Position numbers and translations under genes: made by a program
In this document: piece after piece, positions 52,841 to 64,000 of the stretch
Numbering within the stretch: position 1 is the stretch's first letter
Layout of the letters: each line of letters begins with the position of its first letter
NCBI RefSeq assembly: GCF_030028105.1
Contig: NC_092379.1
Span: forward strand, 27,459,821 to 27,523,820
DNA length: 64,000 bases
Direction: 5' to 3'
Origin: Mobula birostris
Taxonomy: Eukaryota
The notes under the pieces: model-generated
The model's database searches: none
What the model saw: only the letters and a program-made list of their open reading frames with translations
What the model was told of the DNA's origin: nothing

Positions 52841-52879
52841 CACAACGGCACAAACTTAACCTGCGACTGTACAAAAATG
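52841..52879 (+). other. 23-RSS of V4, non-canonical heptamer
   Basis: CACAACG, 23 nt, ACAAAAATG. Confidence 0.88.
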
Positions 52880-55163
52880 GTTTGATCTTCCTGAAGCCAT
52901 CTGGGTGTAAGCAGGACTTCATCTGCAACTGCCCGTATTAGCAGATCTCGGCAATCACGACAATACCAATATATTATATACCAGCATTATTCAATATTAA
53001 ATATTCTGATTCAATCCGTTTCAACAGTTTTGTTCTGAATCTGCTCCCGTGCGCATTCGGAAAGATAATTCAAGAGCAGTTATTCACACAGCATCCCTTT
53101 TTGTTTTTGCTGCTTCTTGTATTAACTATTATCTGTTGTAGTATGGCGGATGCAGGTGGAATATTAAATCAGGCTTGCTGGTCTGCAATTGTGACAGAAA
53201 ATGCATCGACTTCCAATCGGTGTACAGATGATTTGTTTCCAAACAGTAAACTTTTGAAAAAAAATATTCCTGTTGCCCGTTACGGACACTGAATACTCAA
53301 CAAAAATACAAACATTCAATAAAAGCCGAGTATACATTTGCTCAGCACGGTGGATTTAACATATGCAATAAAACGTTGAACGTGAATAGGTCGTAGACAG
53401 TGTAAGCAGACAAGCAAGCTACTGGACTTGAGACCATTTCCAGATAAGAAGTTATTTCTGAGATGTTATTTGATATACTATGGCAGGTGGGTTTGTCAAT
53501 ATTGGTGTTGGTGCTTCTCTTAAGTGATTCCAAGTGGTTACTGATGACAACATAGAGCAATAAATTATCGACTGCCACTTGCTGGATGCTGGCCGGTAGC
53601 AGAGCAAGTAACAAGTTGCTGAAGGTCAATCAGATGACTTAGAGCTAAAGCCCACCATCGTAAGGAAGAAACCCCATGCCACGGATTGGACCAGAAAGGA
53701 TCGATCAACTGGGCCACGGCGATCGCAAACTTCAATGTTATAAATTGGGAAGGTTTTATGAATGAGATTTCAAGCAATCGGAACAGTCGGTTTCATGTTT
53801 TAAGCTGTTGTCCCGGGGTCAACATAGTTACATCGTTGTGTGTGCAGTCATAATAAATTGCGAGCTTCGATTATTTATGAGTTGCTTAGTGAATTTCCCC
53901 CACCTAGTTCCGTTGACGAACGGTAAAAACCTTCCCAAGCATTATGTGCGACCTTGACTTAAACAAAGGAAGGGGAGAGCAAGTCCTTTGCAAACCCTAT
54001 TTCATGTAACCAAAATATAAGATACTGGTTACCACAGATAGGTTCAGTGAGCAAAACAGCTGCACCTGCTAAGTTAGCTAATCCGAAGGGCAGCGCCTTT
54101 CACAATTGGAATAAGGCACGTCTACACAGGAAGGCAGTACATCAACATTTACTGTGGAAGGGACATTTTATCCTCTATATACTGTTGTGTGGAAATCCCC
54201 TCATTTTCCGATCGTTATTATCCATTAACAGTTATTTAATATGTCGAGTTTTAGTTTATTTGCTATATCTGTGCATTACTTCCTTCTGATCTAAATATAA
54301 TTGACCTTGTTTTGGATATCTGGAAATTAAATTTACAGGAGTGTGATTCTGCTCTCAGTAGTGACAAGTATCGAAATACACTGGTACCGGAGTAATATAG
54401 ATTTTAACTCGCAGTTAACTGCATTAACCTAGTATGAAGATGAGGTATTTTGAAAGTGTAGCATAGTTTTTCCTTAAAACGGACCAGGTGAAAGCACATG
54501 CTCAGTGAATTAATTGTGTGACACCACACACGGCGTGTAATGTAAACAACATGCCTTAGATATATGATCCTGAGTAACTGACGACGACATAGCTCTGACT
54601 GGGTATCAGTTCTCAGTATCAAATTTCGAAGGTAGCTAAATTTAGATTTATAATTAAAGAGACATTCCTATATTAGCAGAAGATATAATGTATATGGCTG
54701 CAGGTTATAAACAGAATAGAACTTGTATTACAAAAACAAGCTGAAAGACCTGCAACACATGAGTGAATCGAGACAATAATTGGACACAAGCCGATTAAGG
54801 AACGATTATTATCCTGTAGCCACCTGGCTTCTAAGTGTAAATGGAAAACTGCACTCACTTTAGCCCTGCGCTGAATACACAGCTGACAGAGACGCTTTCA
54901 TGATAACTCGAGTTCCAAGCATTTTCCTTTATGTTTTCTCATCCTATAAGCTTTATTTTATCATCCCATAATCCTTTACTTCCCTTCCTATAATTTCTTA
55001 TATTGTAATTAATATATATTTAATTATTTTTCATGTATTGCCTGCCATTCAATAAATGTAAAGGTAGTATATGATGACATACCGGTACTTTGATAACAAT
55101 GTGTTTTGAAGATAACAGTTGGAACAACTATGAGCCAGCCGAACACTTACTCAGTACGATATA

Positions 55164-56127
55164 CAATGGCATACCAAAGTTGGGGCACCCCTGGTCCAAA
55201 TTTCTGTTACTGTGAACAGCTCAGCGTGAAAAAAAAAAGATGATCTGATTTCCAAAAGGCATACTGTTAAAAATGGCACATTTATTTAATATTTTAAGCA
55301 ATATTACTTTTTTCTTTATTTCCATCTTTTCCAGTTCCAAAATAAGAAAACAAAATGAAAGTGCCTGAAACAAAAGCTTGGGAACACTGCATAGTCAGTA
55401 CTTAGTAACACATCCTTTGGCAAGGATCACAGCTTGTAAACGCTTTTTGTAGCCAGCTAAGAGTCTTTCAATTGTTGTTTGGGGGATTTTCGCCAATTCT
55501 TCCTTGCAACACACTTCTAGTTCTGTGGGAATCGTGGGATGTCTTGCCTGCACTCCTCTTTTGAGGTCTATCCACGGATTTTCGATTATGTATAGTTCGG
55601 GGGACTGTGAGACCATGGTAAAACCTTCAGATTGCTCGTCTTTAGGTAGTCCATTGAAGATTTTGAGGCATGTTTACGATCCTTACCCTGTTGTAGAAGC
55701 CATCCTCTTCTCATATTCAGCTTTTTTGGAGACAGTGTGATGTTTCCTTCCAGAATTTGCTGGTATTTAATTGAATACATTCTTCCCTCTACCAGTGAAA
55801 TGTTCCCCGTGCCATTGGCTGCAACACAAGCCCAAAGGATGATCGATCCACCCACGTGCTTAATAGCTGGAGAGGTGTTCTTTCCATGAAATTCTGCACC
55901 TTTTTTATCTCAAAATATTTCCTGGCACATTGCGGCAAAATGTTCTACTTTAACTTCATCAGTCCTCAGGGCATGTTTCCAAAATGCCTCAGGCTTATTT
56001 AGATCTCCCTTTTCAAACTTCTGATGCTGAACTTTGTGCTGAGGACGCAGGAAAGGTTTTCATCTGATGACTCTTCCATGAAGGTCATATTTGTTCAGGT
56101 GTCGCTGCACAGTAGAACGGTGACCAC
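55164..56127 (-). mobile_element. Tc1-like DNA transposon, 3' half (transposase C-terminus plus long TIR)
   Basis: GGSIILWACV...LLQQGKDRKH...LPWSHSP and SPELYIIENPW...RLQAVILAKGCVTKY*; TA then CAATGGCATACCAAAGTTGGGGCACC terminus; inner repeat CAAAAGCTTGGGAACAC at about 55370. Confidence 0.9.
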
Positions 56128-56850
56128 CACTCCAAGCAACACTCAAAATACGCTGGAGGAACTCAGCAGGTCGGGCAGCATCCATGGGAACAATGAGTTA
56201 ACGTTTAGGGCCGGTACCCTTTGTCAGGACTGTAGAGGGAAGGAGCAGAGGCTTTATAAAGAAGGTGTGGGAGCGTAGGAAGGAGAAGGCTGGTATGTTC
56301 CAGGTGAAAAACCAGTAAGGGCAAAGATACGGGGGTGGGGGAGGGGAAGCAGGGAGCTGAAAGGCAGGAAAAGTGAAGAAAGAATAGGGGGAAAGACAAT
56401 GGGTCGTAGAATAGGCGGAACCACGAGGGAGGAGTTAGGCATCTGGGGGAGGGGAGAAAGTGAAATAAGGATTGAGGAAGGGAGGAGGAGGGAGAATTAC
56501 CGGAAGTTGGAGAAACCCGACGCCGATTGAGGTACCGCTTCTTCGAGCACCTCCGCTCCGTCCGCCACAAGAGACAGGATCTCCCGGTAGTCACCCACTG
56601 CGATTCTGCTTCCCATTCCCATTCAGATATCTCCATACATGGCCTTCTCTACTGCCATGATGAGGCTAAACTCAGTTTAGAGTAGCAGCACCTCATGTAC
56701 CGTCAACGTAGTTTCCAGCCCCTTGGTATGAACATAGAATTCTCCAATTTCCGGTAATTCCCCTTCCCCTCCCTTCCTTTATCCCTATTTCACTCTACCC
56801 CCTCCCCCAGCTGCCTATCTCCTCCGGCATGGCTCCACACCCTTCTACTA
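56128..56850. mobile_element. Penelope-like element remnant: GIY-YIG C-terminus with an inverted 3' repeat
   Basis: Plus strand RFFEHLRSV...DLPVVTH...SHSHSDISIHGLLYCHDEA...GMNIEFSNFR* (about 56535-56757); 56410-56513 is the inverted copy of about 56740-56845. Confidence 0.85.
56203..56227 (-). ncRNA. Degenerate minimal hammerhead ribozyme core in the Penelope repeat
   Basis: Minus strand CTGACAA-AGGGTACCGGCCC-TAAAC versus the core CTGANGA...GAAAC; two core substitutions. Confidence 0.55.
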
Positions 56851-56869
56851 TCCATTGTGTTTTATAGGG

Positions 56870-57630
56870 CAAACATGGTGAATGGTAGGACATTAAAGAC
56901 TGCTTTAGAGTAGAGGGATCTAGGAATTATGGTGCATATTTCCCTGAAGATGGAGTCTCATATGGATAGGGGGTGAAGAAAGCTTTTGGTTGGCTGGCCT
57001 TTATTAATCTGAACATTGAGTATAGGAGTTGGGATGTAATATTGAATTTATATAAGGTATCGGTAAGGCCACATTTGGAGTATTGTGTACAGTTCTGGTC
57101 ACCGACTTATCGGAAAGATGTCAATAAAGTGGAGAGAGTACAGAGGAGGTTTACGAAAATGTTGCCTGGGTTTCATCTCCTAAGTTACAGAGAAAGGTTG
57201 AACAAATTAGGTCTTTATTCTTTGGAGCGTAGAAATTTGAGAGGAGATTTAACAGAGGTGTTTAAAATTATGAGGGGAATTGATAGATTTGACGTGTTTA
57301 GGCTTTTTTCACTGAGAGTGGGGACGATTCAAACAAGAGGGCATGGGTCGAGAATTAGAGGACAAAAGTTTAGGGTAACATGAGGAGGAACTTCGTTACT
57401 CAGAGAGTGGTAGCTGTATCGAATGAGATTTCAGAAGAAGTGGTTGAGGCAGGTTTTATGTTGTCGTTTAAAGTTAAATTGGATAGATATATGGACAGGA
57501 AAGAAATGGAGGGTTATGGGCTGAGTGCAGATCGGTGGGAATAGGATAGGGTAAGAGTTCGGCACGGACTAGAAGGGCGGAGATGGCCTGTTTCCGCGCT
57601 GTAGTTGTTAAATGGTTATATGGTTATACT
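56870..57630 (+). mobile_element. CR1 3' fragment
   Basis: 136-aa ORF with RPHLEYCVQFWSP...YSLERRNLRGDLTEVFK; GGTTATAT tail. Confidence 0.92.
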
Positions 57631-60600
57631 TAAGGACCATGAAATTTAGCTTGTGACGTGTTCGTTTGCATCGGGAAAAGATTCAATACCTTATCTCCAG
57701 GTTTATATGACCTCAATCTAGCTTCCGTATCATACCAAGTCTTCTTTTTTTTCTGAGCTGATTTTAAATTTCCGTTGGCTAAGCTACAAACTTCATGCAA
57801 ACTTGCCTTGAATTTTAAAACATAATCCAGCAATTAGTGTGTACCTCTTTAATAATCCACTGTTCCTTCAACAAGGCCAATGGTCCTCGAACTCTCTGCC
57901 TAAACACAAGGTCAAAAGGATTAAAACCTAATGATTTCTGCACTGACTTCCTGACTGCAAAAAAAAATAATAAATGTACGCACTCATCCAGGTCATTTTC
58001 ATTTTCCACACAATACGTCCTAATCATGGTTCTGAGGGTAGAATGGAACCTCTCCAAGGCTCCTTGCCTGGATGATATGCTGGTAAGGTAATCTGATTTG
58101 CTCCCAGTTTATAAACTACCTGCTGGAAAAATCTAGACATAAATTTACTCCCTTGATCAGATTGTATTTCCTTAGTCAACCCAAAATAAGTAAAGAATTG
58201 TACAAGTGCATTTATTACAGTTTTAGCCGTTATATTCCTGAGTGGTATTGCCCCTGAAAACCTAGACCCTGTACACATGATGTGCAACAAATATTGATGT
58301 GCAGTTTTAGTTTTTGGCAGGGGCCTACACAACCTGTAATAATTTTGGAAAACGGCACACCAAATGCTGGAATAATTGGCAGTGGGACCACTGGAGTAAC
58401 TTGATTAGGTTAAGGCACAATTTGACGTGTATGACACGGTATGAAAAATGTCCCTATATTTTTTTTCTTAAATTATGCCAGTAAAAATGTTTAAAAACCT
58501 GTTCATAGTTTTCTTTACACCTTGATCGCCACCCAAAGGCATACTATAAGCATAATTAAAATCTAATTTCGATAAACTTTCGGAACTACAATCTGGTGAT
58601 TTACTACCCACTCCTCACTTGCAGGAATTATACGTGATCTCCACTTCTTCATTAATACTCCTTTTTCAATATAATATCTTACTGGCACTTTCTCAATTTC
58701 ACTATCTGGATGAGCTTGTTCCTTTAATTAAATTTTCCCAGGGTCTATACGCAGCTCTGATATCATCTCCCTCCGAAATAAAGACAAATCTTCATGGTCA
58801 GACTTACTACAATAATCTTGTTCAAACGATGAAGGTAAGGAATTTCCTGACACATCCTCAAACTTCGAATCCCGAGTTGAACAGAAATGGTTAACAAACT
58901 CATCCGGTACAGCAGTCTTTTTTATCCATAGCTCAGGTTACAACACAGTAAAAATCTGTGTTGGAATCCATCTTTGGTACCTCAGAAATAGACTTTATTG
59001 TCAAATGCACTTCAGGAAAAAAACTTGTCCATCTGCTAAACCATTCCCTAAAATAAAGAAACGTCATTCACGGATAAATTGGGTTGTAGTCCTACTTTAA
59101 CAGGCCCTCTAACTAACCATGACCTTAAGTTAACTCTATGCAAAGGTACCGGCAAAAGGGCACCTCCAATCCCTCTTATACAGTTTACCTTATCATTGTC
59201 AGAATCATCCCTAAACTTTAGAGCACTGTCTAACAGTAATTATTGAAAAGCTTCAGCATGCCTAAGTATTTTTATTGGCACTGGAGTGGACCGTTCTTTG
59301 TTGGATACAAATCTCTCGGTTACAAAATGTTCGTGTCCCCTTTTAACTTTTTCAGACTCCGACAAAACTTCATTTGTATTTATCGTACACTGGATTTACA
59401 GGTTTCTAAATAAGTTGCACACAAACATCTGGGAATGCCCCCTTCTCCTTCTTATTCAAACGAAAACAATTAGCTATTATATGTCCAGATTTCTTACAAT
59501 AACTACAAATAGGACCAAAATGTCCTTCCATAAGATGTCTCCATTCATCCTTACCTTTCACACTGACTTCAGATTTAATTTCTGGTTTACCTTGATTCTC
59601 TGTGCTATTTTTATTTTAAAGAGTTCTACCTGGAGAAAATTTACTCTTATGAAATAAAGCATACTCATCAGCTACTATAGCAGACTCCTGCACTGTAGAA
59701 TTGTCCTCTCATTTAAGTATGTCCTCACCTCAAGAGGGATGCTCCTTTTAAATCTCTCCAGTAAAATCAACTCTTTTAATCTATTATATTCCCCATTCAC
59801 ATTTTTAGAGGAAATCCATCTCTCAAAATGCATAGATTCTTCTTTGGCAAATTCCCCGTAAGTTTATATTTTCACGGATTTTGTTCATATTTCTGAATAT
59901 TTCTTATAAACTTCTGGAACCAGTACTTACGCTTTCAATATATGCTGCTTCACGATATCATAATCAAGTGCTTGGTCAGCAAGTTAAAACTGTATAAACG
60001 TGTTGTGCCTTACCTCTAATTATACTTTGTAACATCACTGGCCATCTATCTTTCGGCCACACTGAACTCAGAGCTATAGTTTCAAAATGTTGGAAATATT
60101 TGTCCACTTCTGTTTCATTAAAAAAAAAATGGAGGAGCCAAAATAACCTCTCGACTAGCAACAGACTGTTTCCTAGAGCCAAAGGACTGATTTCCATCCT
60201 TAATTACTCCATCTCTAGCTCAAATTTCTTCTGGTGATCAGCTTCTCTTTCTTTAAATACCTTTGTTATATTTGACTCTCTTTCAGCCATTTCCACTTTA
60301 AATTGTTCAAACTTTATCTGTTCAAAATGTAACTGTATTTCTAGGCTACTCATTGGAAACCTCCTTAATATTTCATCATCAAACTTTCCAGAACTTATAG
60401 AATGCTCGGCGATTTTTTTTTCCTCTGAATTACGGGCTTTGTTGTAACCTTCGTAATTCCCTTAACATCCAACCTTCTCTCACACTCGGATGACATCACC
60501 CTTTCTCGAGTTCGCTAATAACTCCAGGTCTTGCGAATCCATCAACACGTCAATATTCATTGCTGCCGAATAACACACACAGTCCAATCTAACAACAGAA

Positions 60601-60683
60601 TCGGTAGTTCCCTTTTCCAAATCAGATTGATAATTAAACAAGAGCTTAAACTCAAAATCGGAGCATATATGGACGAGACCCCA
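57631..60683 (-). mobile_element. Gmr1-like Gypsy element internal region (PBS, SCAN-like gag, protease, integrase), 3' truncated
   Basis: PBS-like TGGGGTCTCGTCC at 60671-60683; EVDKYFQHFE..WP..RW..LQS...GKAQ and RLKELILLERFK (gag); PIKILRH..GIGG..VPLH (protease); GPLPKTK..EIQSDQGSKF..ERFHSTL (integrase). Confidence 0.9.
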
Positions 60684-61139
60684 CTTTCATATGAAGAAAG
60701 ACTGGATGAACTGGGCTTGTGCTCGTTGGAATTTAGAAGATTGAGGGGGGATCTGATTGAAACGTATAAGATCCTAAAGGGATTGGACAGGCTAGATGCA
60801 GGAAGATTGTTCCCGATGTTGGGGAAGTCCAGAACGAGGGGCCACAGTTTGAGTATAGAGGGGAAGCCTTTTAGGACTGAGATTAGAAAAAACTTCTTCA
60901 CACAGAGAGTGGTGAATCTGTGGAATTCTCTGCCACAGGAAACAGTTGAGGCCAGTGCATTGGCTATATTTAAGAGGGAGTTAGATAGGGCCCTTGCGGC
61001 TACGGGGGTCAGGGGGTATGGAGGGAAGGCTGGAGCGGGGTTCAGAGTTGGATGATCAGCCATGATCATAATAAATGGCGGTGCAGGCTCGAAGGGCCCA
61101 ATGGCCTACTCCTGCACCTATTTTCTATGTTTCTATGTT
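60684..61139 (+). mobile_element. CR1 3' fragment inserted between the LTR and the PBS
   Basis: LSYEERLDELGLCSLEFRRLRGDLIETYKIL; (CTATGTTT) tail. Confidence 0.92.
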
Positions 61140-61141
61140 CA

Positions 61142-62030
61142 TGTCACGTGACCGGCAACAATGAATATATCAATTGAGTCAGGTTTTATATAAAAAAAAC
61201 AAACATTTATTAAACTCAAAAATAGCGAAATTAATTCAAACGACTAACTTAACCAGAAACTAACTACTATAAGGCAAGTTTGGAACAGTTCTTTAAATGC
61301 TAAATATGAAAACAGCTCTTAAAGTGGTAACTTCGAACACAGTTCTTAGAATGGTAAATTCGAATGTCCAAGTGATTTACACAGTCAATAAAGTTATTTA
61401 CACAGTCAATAAGGAGAGGCTTTCTTGAAGTAAAGAATTCCTCGTAGCCGTGACATTACTGCTGATCCCAGCCAGAACCTTCCTTGTCCGCAGGGTTCAC
61501 GATGACGGAATTAAAAACAAAGGTTTAAAGGAACTGAGCTTTTCCTCTGGAGAATAGACACTGCACAATCCTTCCTGCTTCAGCAGAGGATTTCCCAGAT
61601 GCAGGTCTTTATTCCTTGAAAGAACATTCAATAAAGTTCGATCCTCTCCAATACCACCGAACGACATCAACTTTAATCGACTCTGCGAGTTCCTGTACTC
61701 CAGTAAGGTCTTCACTCTGCATCATTACTTACAATATAAAGTAGAATTCCACCATAATACGAAACTGCGTCATAAGACGAATACGCAGCATAACGGCGTA
61801 TCTGACGAATTAAATAACAAACTAAACTTAAAATTTAACTGGCAAAACTAACTGCGTCACACCATGGTTCTCCCTTTATATACCTGGGGAGAACATGTCA
61901 TCACGGGAGCTCACATCGGCGGGAAAATTACATCATGTGACGTCGACAAGACCATTACATGATGCTCATCAGATACTCAATTACATCATGTTCATAAGAC
62001 ATTCACAAGCTACCTACGGGGTATGTATCA
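61142..62030 (-). mobile_element. 5' LTR of the Gmr1-like element (copy 3 of the LTR family)
   Basis: TGTCACGTG...GTATGTATCA; colinear with 24256-26512 (minus its insert) and 27444-28330. Confidence 0.88.
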
Positions 62031-63596
62031 CCGCTACCTCGTGTCGGGAACCGGTTCGTCGTATTCTGCATTCTATCCAATGAGTCCCGGCCCTACGTCC
62101 TGTACCCAATTGGGGGTGCCGGCTTGAATTCTGTTTATGAGTCCCGGCCCGACGTCCTGTTCCCAAGGAAGGCTCTGTGTTCCACAGAGGACCCACAGAC
62201 TACGGAAAGAATAAAGCTGAACGTGGTAAACTGACGCGGTCACCAGTAGAAATGCATGGTTTCAGCTGTCTCCAAAGTGATCCAGCATCCATGTGCTGTT
62301 CGTCAGATGCGGATCAGAAATTAGCAAAGATATAGGAAATTGTAGAATTCTGAAAACGAAACTAATAATATTAAAAAAAAATGCGTGATCGTGAAGCTGC
62401 TTCTACAAAACATCTGTGCGAAGTAAGGCAGCCTATCAATGCAATACTCTAAAGTCAGGTGCATTCAGGAAATCCATACCATTGCTTAGGGAAGTGGAGT
62501 TATGGTTTTACACATTGCATCGGTCCCTGAAAGGGCATCGTTAAAATAGGACTTGCTGAACGGTTATGAAACCATTCCCAGAATCCCATGACTGTTTTAT
62601 TCACGGTGGGGGCAGGGGGTTTGTCAGAATACATTGTTACTACTTCGCGCACTGTTCGCTCAGGAAGCAGACCTGATAAATGCTGGTCCTCAGTTGAGTT
62701 GCTGTCTGTGCAATCTATGGTATGAGTCCCATTTAGCGTTGTGTTGAATCGGAGATTAACTGATTTTCACTTGCCAGTTAAAACTGTCCGTCAAATGAAC
62801 ATGAGTAATGTGAAGAGATAAACGAGAACTGAGTTGTTCATCTACATGCGCTGTGTTAAAATAGGGGAAAATGAAACTATGTGGTTCCATTCGCTATTCG
62901 TTATCAGCAATACTGTCAGTACAGTGATATTTTTCTAGCTCATGTTGATGAGCACATGAGTCTCACTGTTATGATGTTCTACAGGTCCCGTGACGAGAAT
63001 CGCTTTAGCCCTCTCTAGAGTACGATGAAATCTCAGTATTGATATTTAATTAGTTTGGTTCATCTTCTGGAGGATCAGTTCGGACCCACTCCCTTCATTG
63101 AAAATCCATTCTGATCAATCGAGCTACCTCGCAGATGTAACTCCAGATTACTCACAATTTACAATCCCAGTCAACGTCCTAACCGGTACAACTTTGAACT
63201 CTGGGTTGGAAGTAGAAGCGTCCGCAGAATTCCGACGCTTTCCACGAGGAACACGTGCTGATAATTTGCAGTTCACCTCGGAAATAAACCCCGTAGCCTG
63301 ACGCCCCGAGCTGTTAAACTGTCGTGCTAAAAGCAACGCTATTGTCGCGGTCTTAACAACGGGGACTTAGATTATAACGGCACAGATACAAGGGCAGTAG
63401 GCACATGTGAATCCGACCAAACTTTTAATCTTACCGGGCAATCGACAGTACCTGGACCATTAAGCTCGAGTCCATGTATTTATACAGACTTCTATAAAAC
63501 GCTGAAATAGAGACCTCTATATGAAAATGTCACATATTTCTGGAAAAACAGCGAAAGCCCAGTGGGACAGACAATGACGTTATGCATTGTTGCCTG

Positions 63597-63875
63597 TGTC
63601 ACGTACCCCGTGATGAGATTTAAAAAAAAAACACATCAGAAATAGAAAACACTTTGGAGTTCAGTACTGCTATTCCCTAATAATATTTATTAGTAACTAC
63701 GCAACACAGTGATATAAATGTAGATAAATCACATAGGTTAGCAATGAATATATAAAAGTAAGTGTGGAAAATATATGAAAATCAAGCTTCTTCAAGTCTA
63801 GGGATAAAAAAGATACAGTCTTACGATGATGAGTAAAGTTCATTTCAGTTGATTCGTGGTACTGAATTAAGTAGT

Positions 63876-63880
<5 letters not shown>
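63597..63880. mobile_element. Possible LTR of another family
   Basis: Starts TGTCACGTACCCCG and contains TTTATT; the other end is not identified. Confidence 0.3.

Positions 63881-63921
<41 letters not shown>
63881..63921. repeat. (GA)n microsatellite
   Basis: About 20 GA units. Confidence 0.95.
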
Positions 63922-63924
<3 letters not shown>

Positions 63925-64000
63925 GAGATGGGGGGATGAGAAGGAGAGATTTGAGTCTTCAGGTGAGCTGGTGCCGTCGATCTTCTCGTTACCCTCCGAA

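Noticed and set aside
8170-52879. NAR-TCR cassette or Ig-like V (TAILV) segments
   Set aside because: All V segments have their own leaders and TCR-type frameworks; no D-J minicluster or IgH-like V was seen.
62080-62167. ATGAGTC...GAC as a hammerhead ribozyme
   Set aside because: Lacks both the CTGA start and the GAAA core.
63080-63140. KIHSDQ as a Gypsy integrase remnant
   Set aside because: The motif is too short, and flanking similarity could not be established by eye.
16010-63712. Isolated CACAGTG/CACTGTG heptamers (about 16010, 20722, 35000, 35148, 51643, 52577, 63706) as D/J or cryptic RSSs
   Set aside because: No acceptable nonamer at 12 or 23 nt and no adjacent FGxG J motif.

Overview
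Vertebrate genomic DNA, most likely a cartilaginous fish (probably a ray, inferred from the CR1/Penelope/Rex repeat types), covering part of a T-cell receptor alpha/delta V-gene region. Four plus-strand V segments are present, each with a split leader, a phase-1 intron, a V exon (307 nt; 311 nt in the pseudogene) and a 23-spacer RSS. V1 (8170-8629) is an intact delta-like V with a canonical heptamer. V2 (pseudogene, about 33538-34619), V3 (46113-46973) and V4 (51969-52840) form a second family. They sit in head-to-tail duplicated cassettes with a core of about 4 kb and share a non-canonical heptamer (CACAAAG/CACAACG; AACAAAG in V2). No D, J or C segments were found. The rest is mostly decayed transposable elements: many CR1 LINEs (two near full length), Rex1/Babar, L1, Penelope with a degenerate hammerhead ribozyme, a Tc1, Gypsy fragments, a Gmr1-like element with three LTR copies, and two solo-LTR-like elements carrying internal minisatellites. 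One 225-N gap falls inside the V2 leader. Repeat boundaries are approximate unless a TSD or terminus is quoted. All alignments were done by eye.
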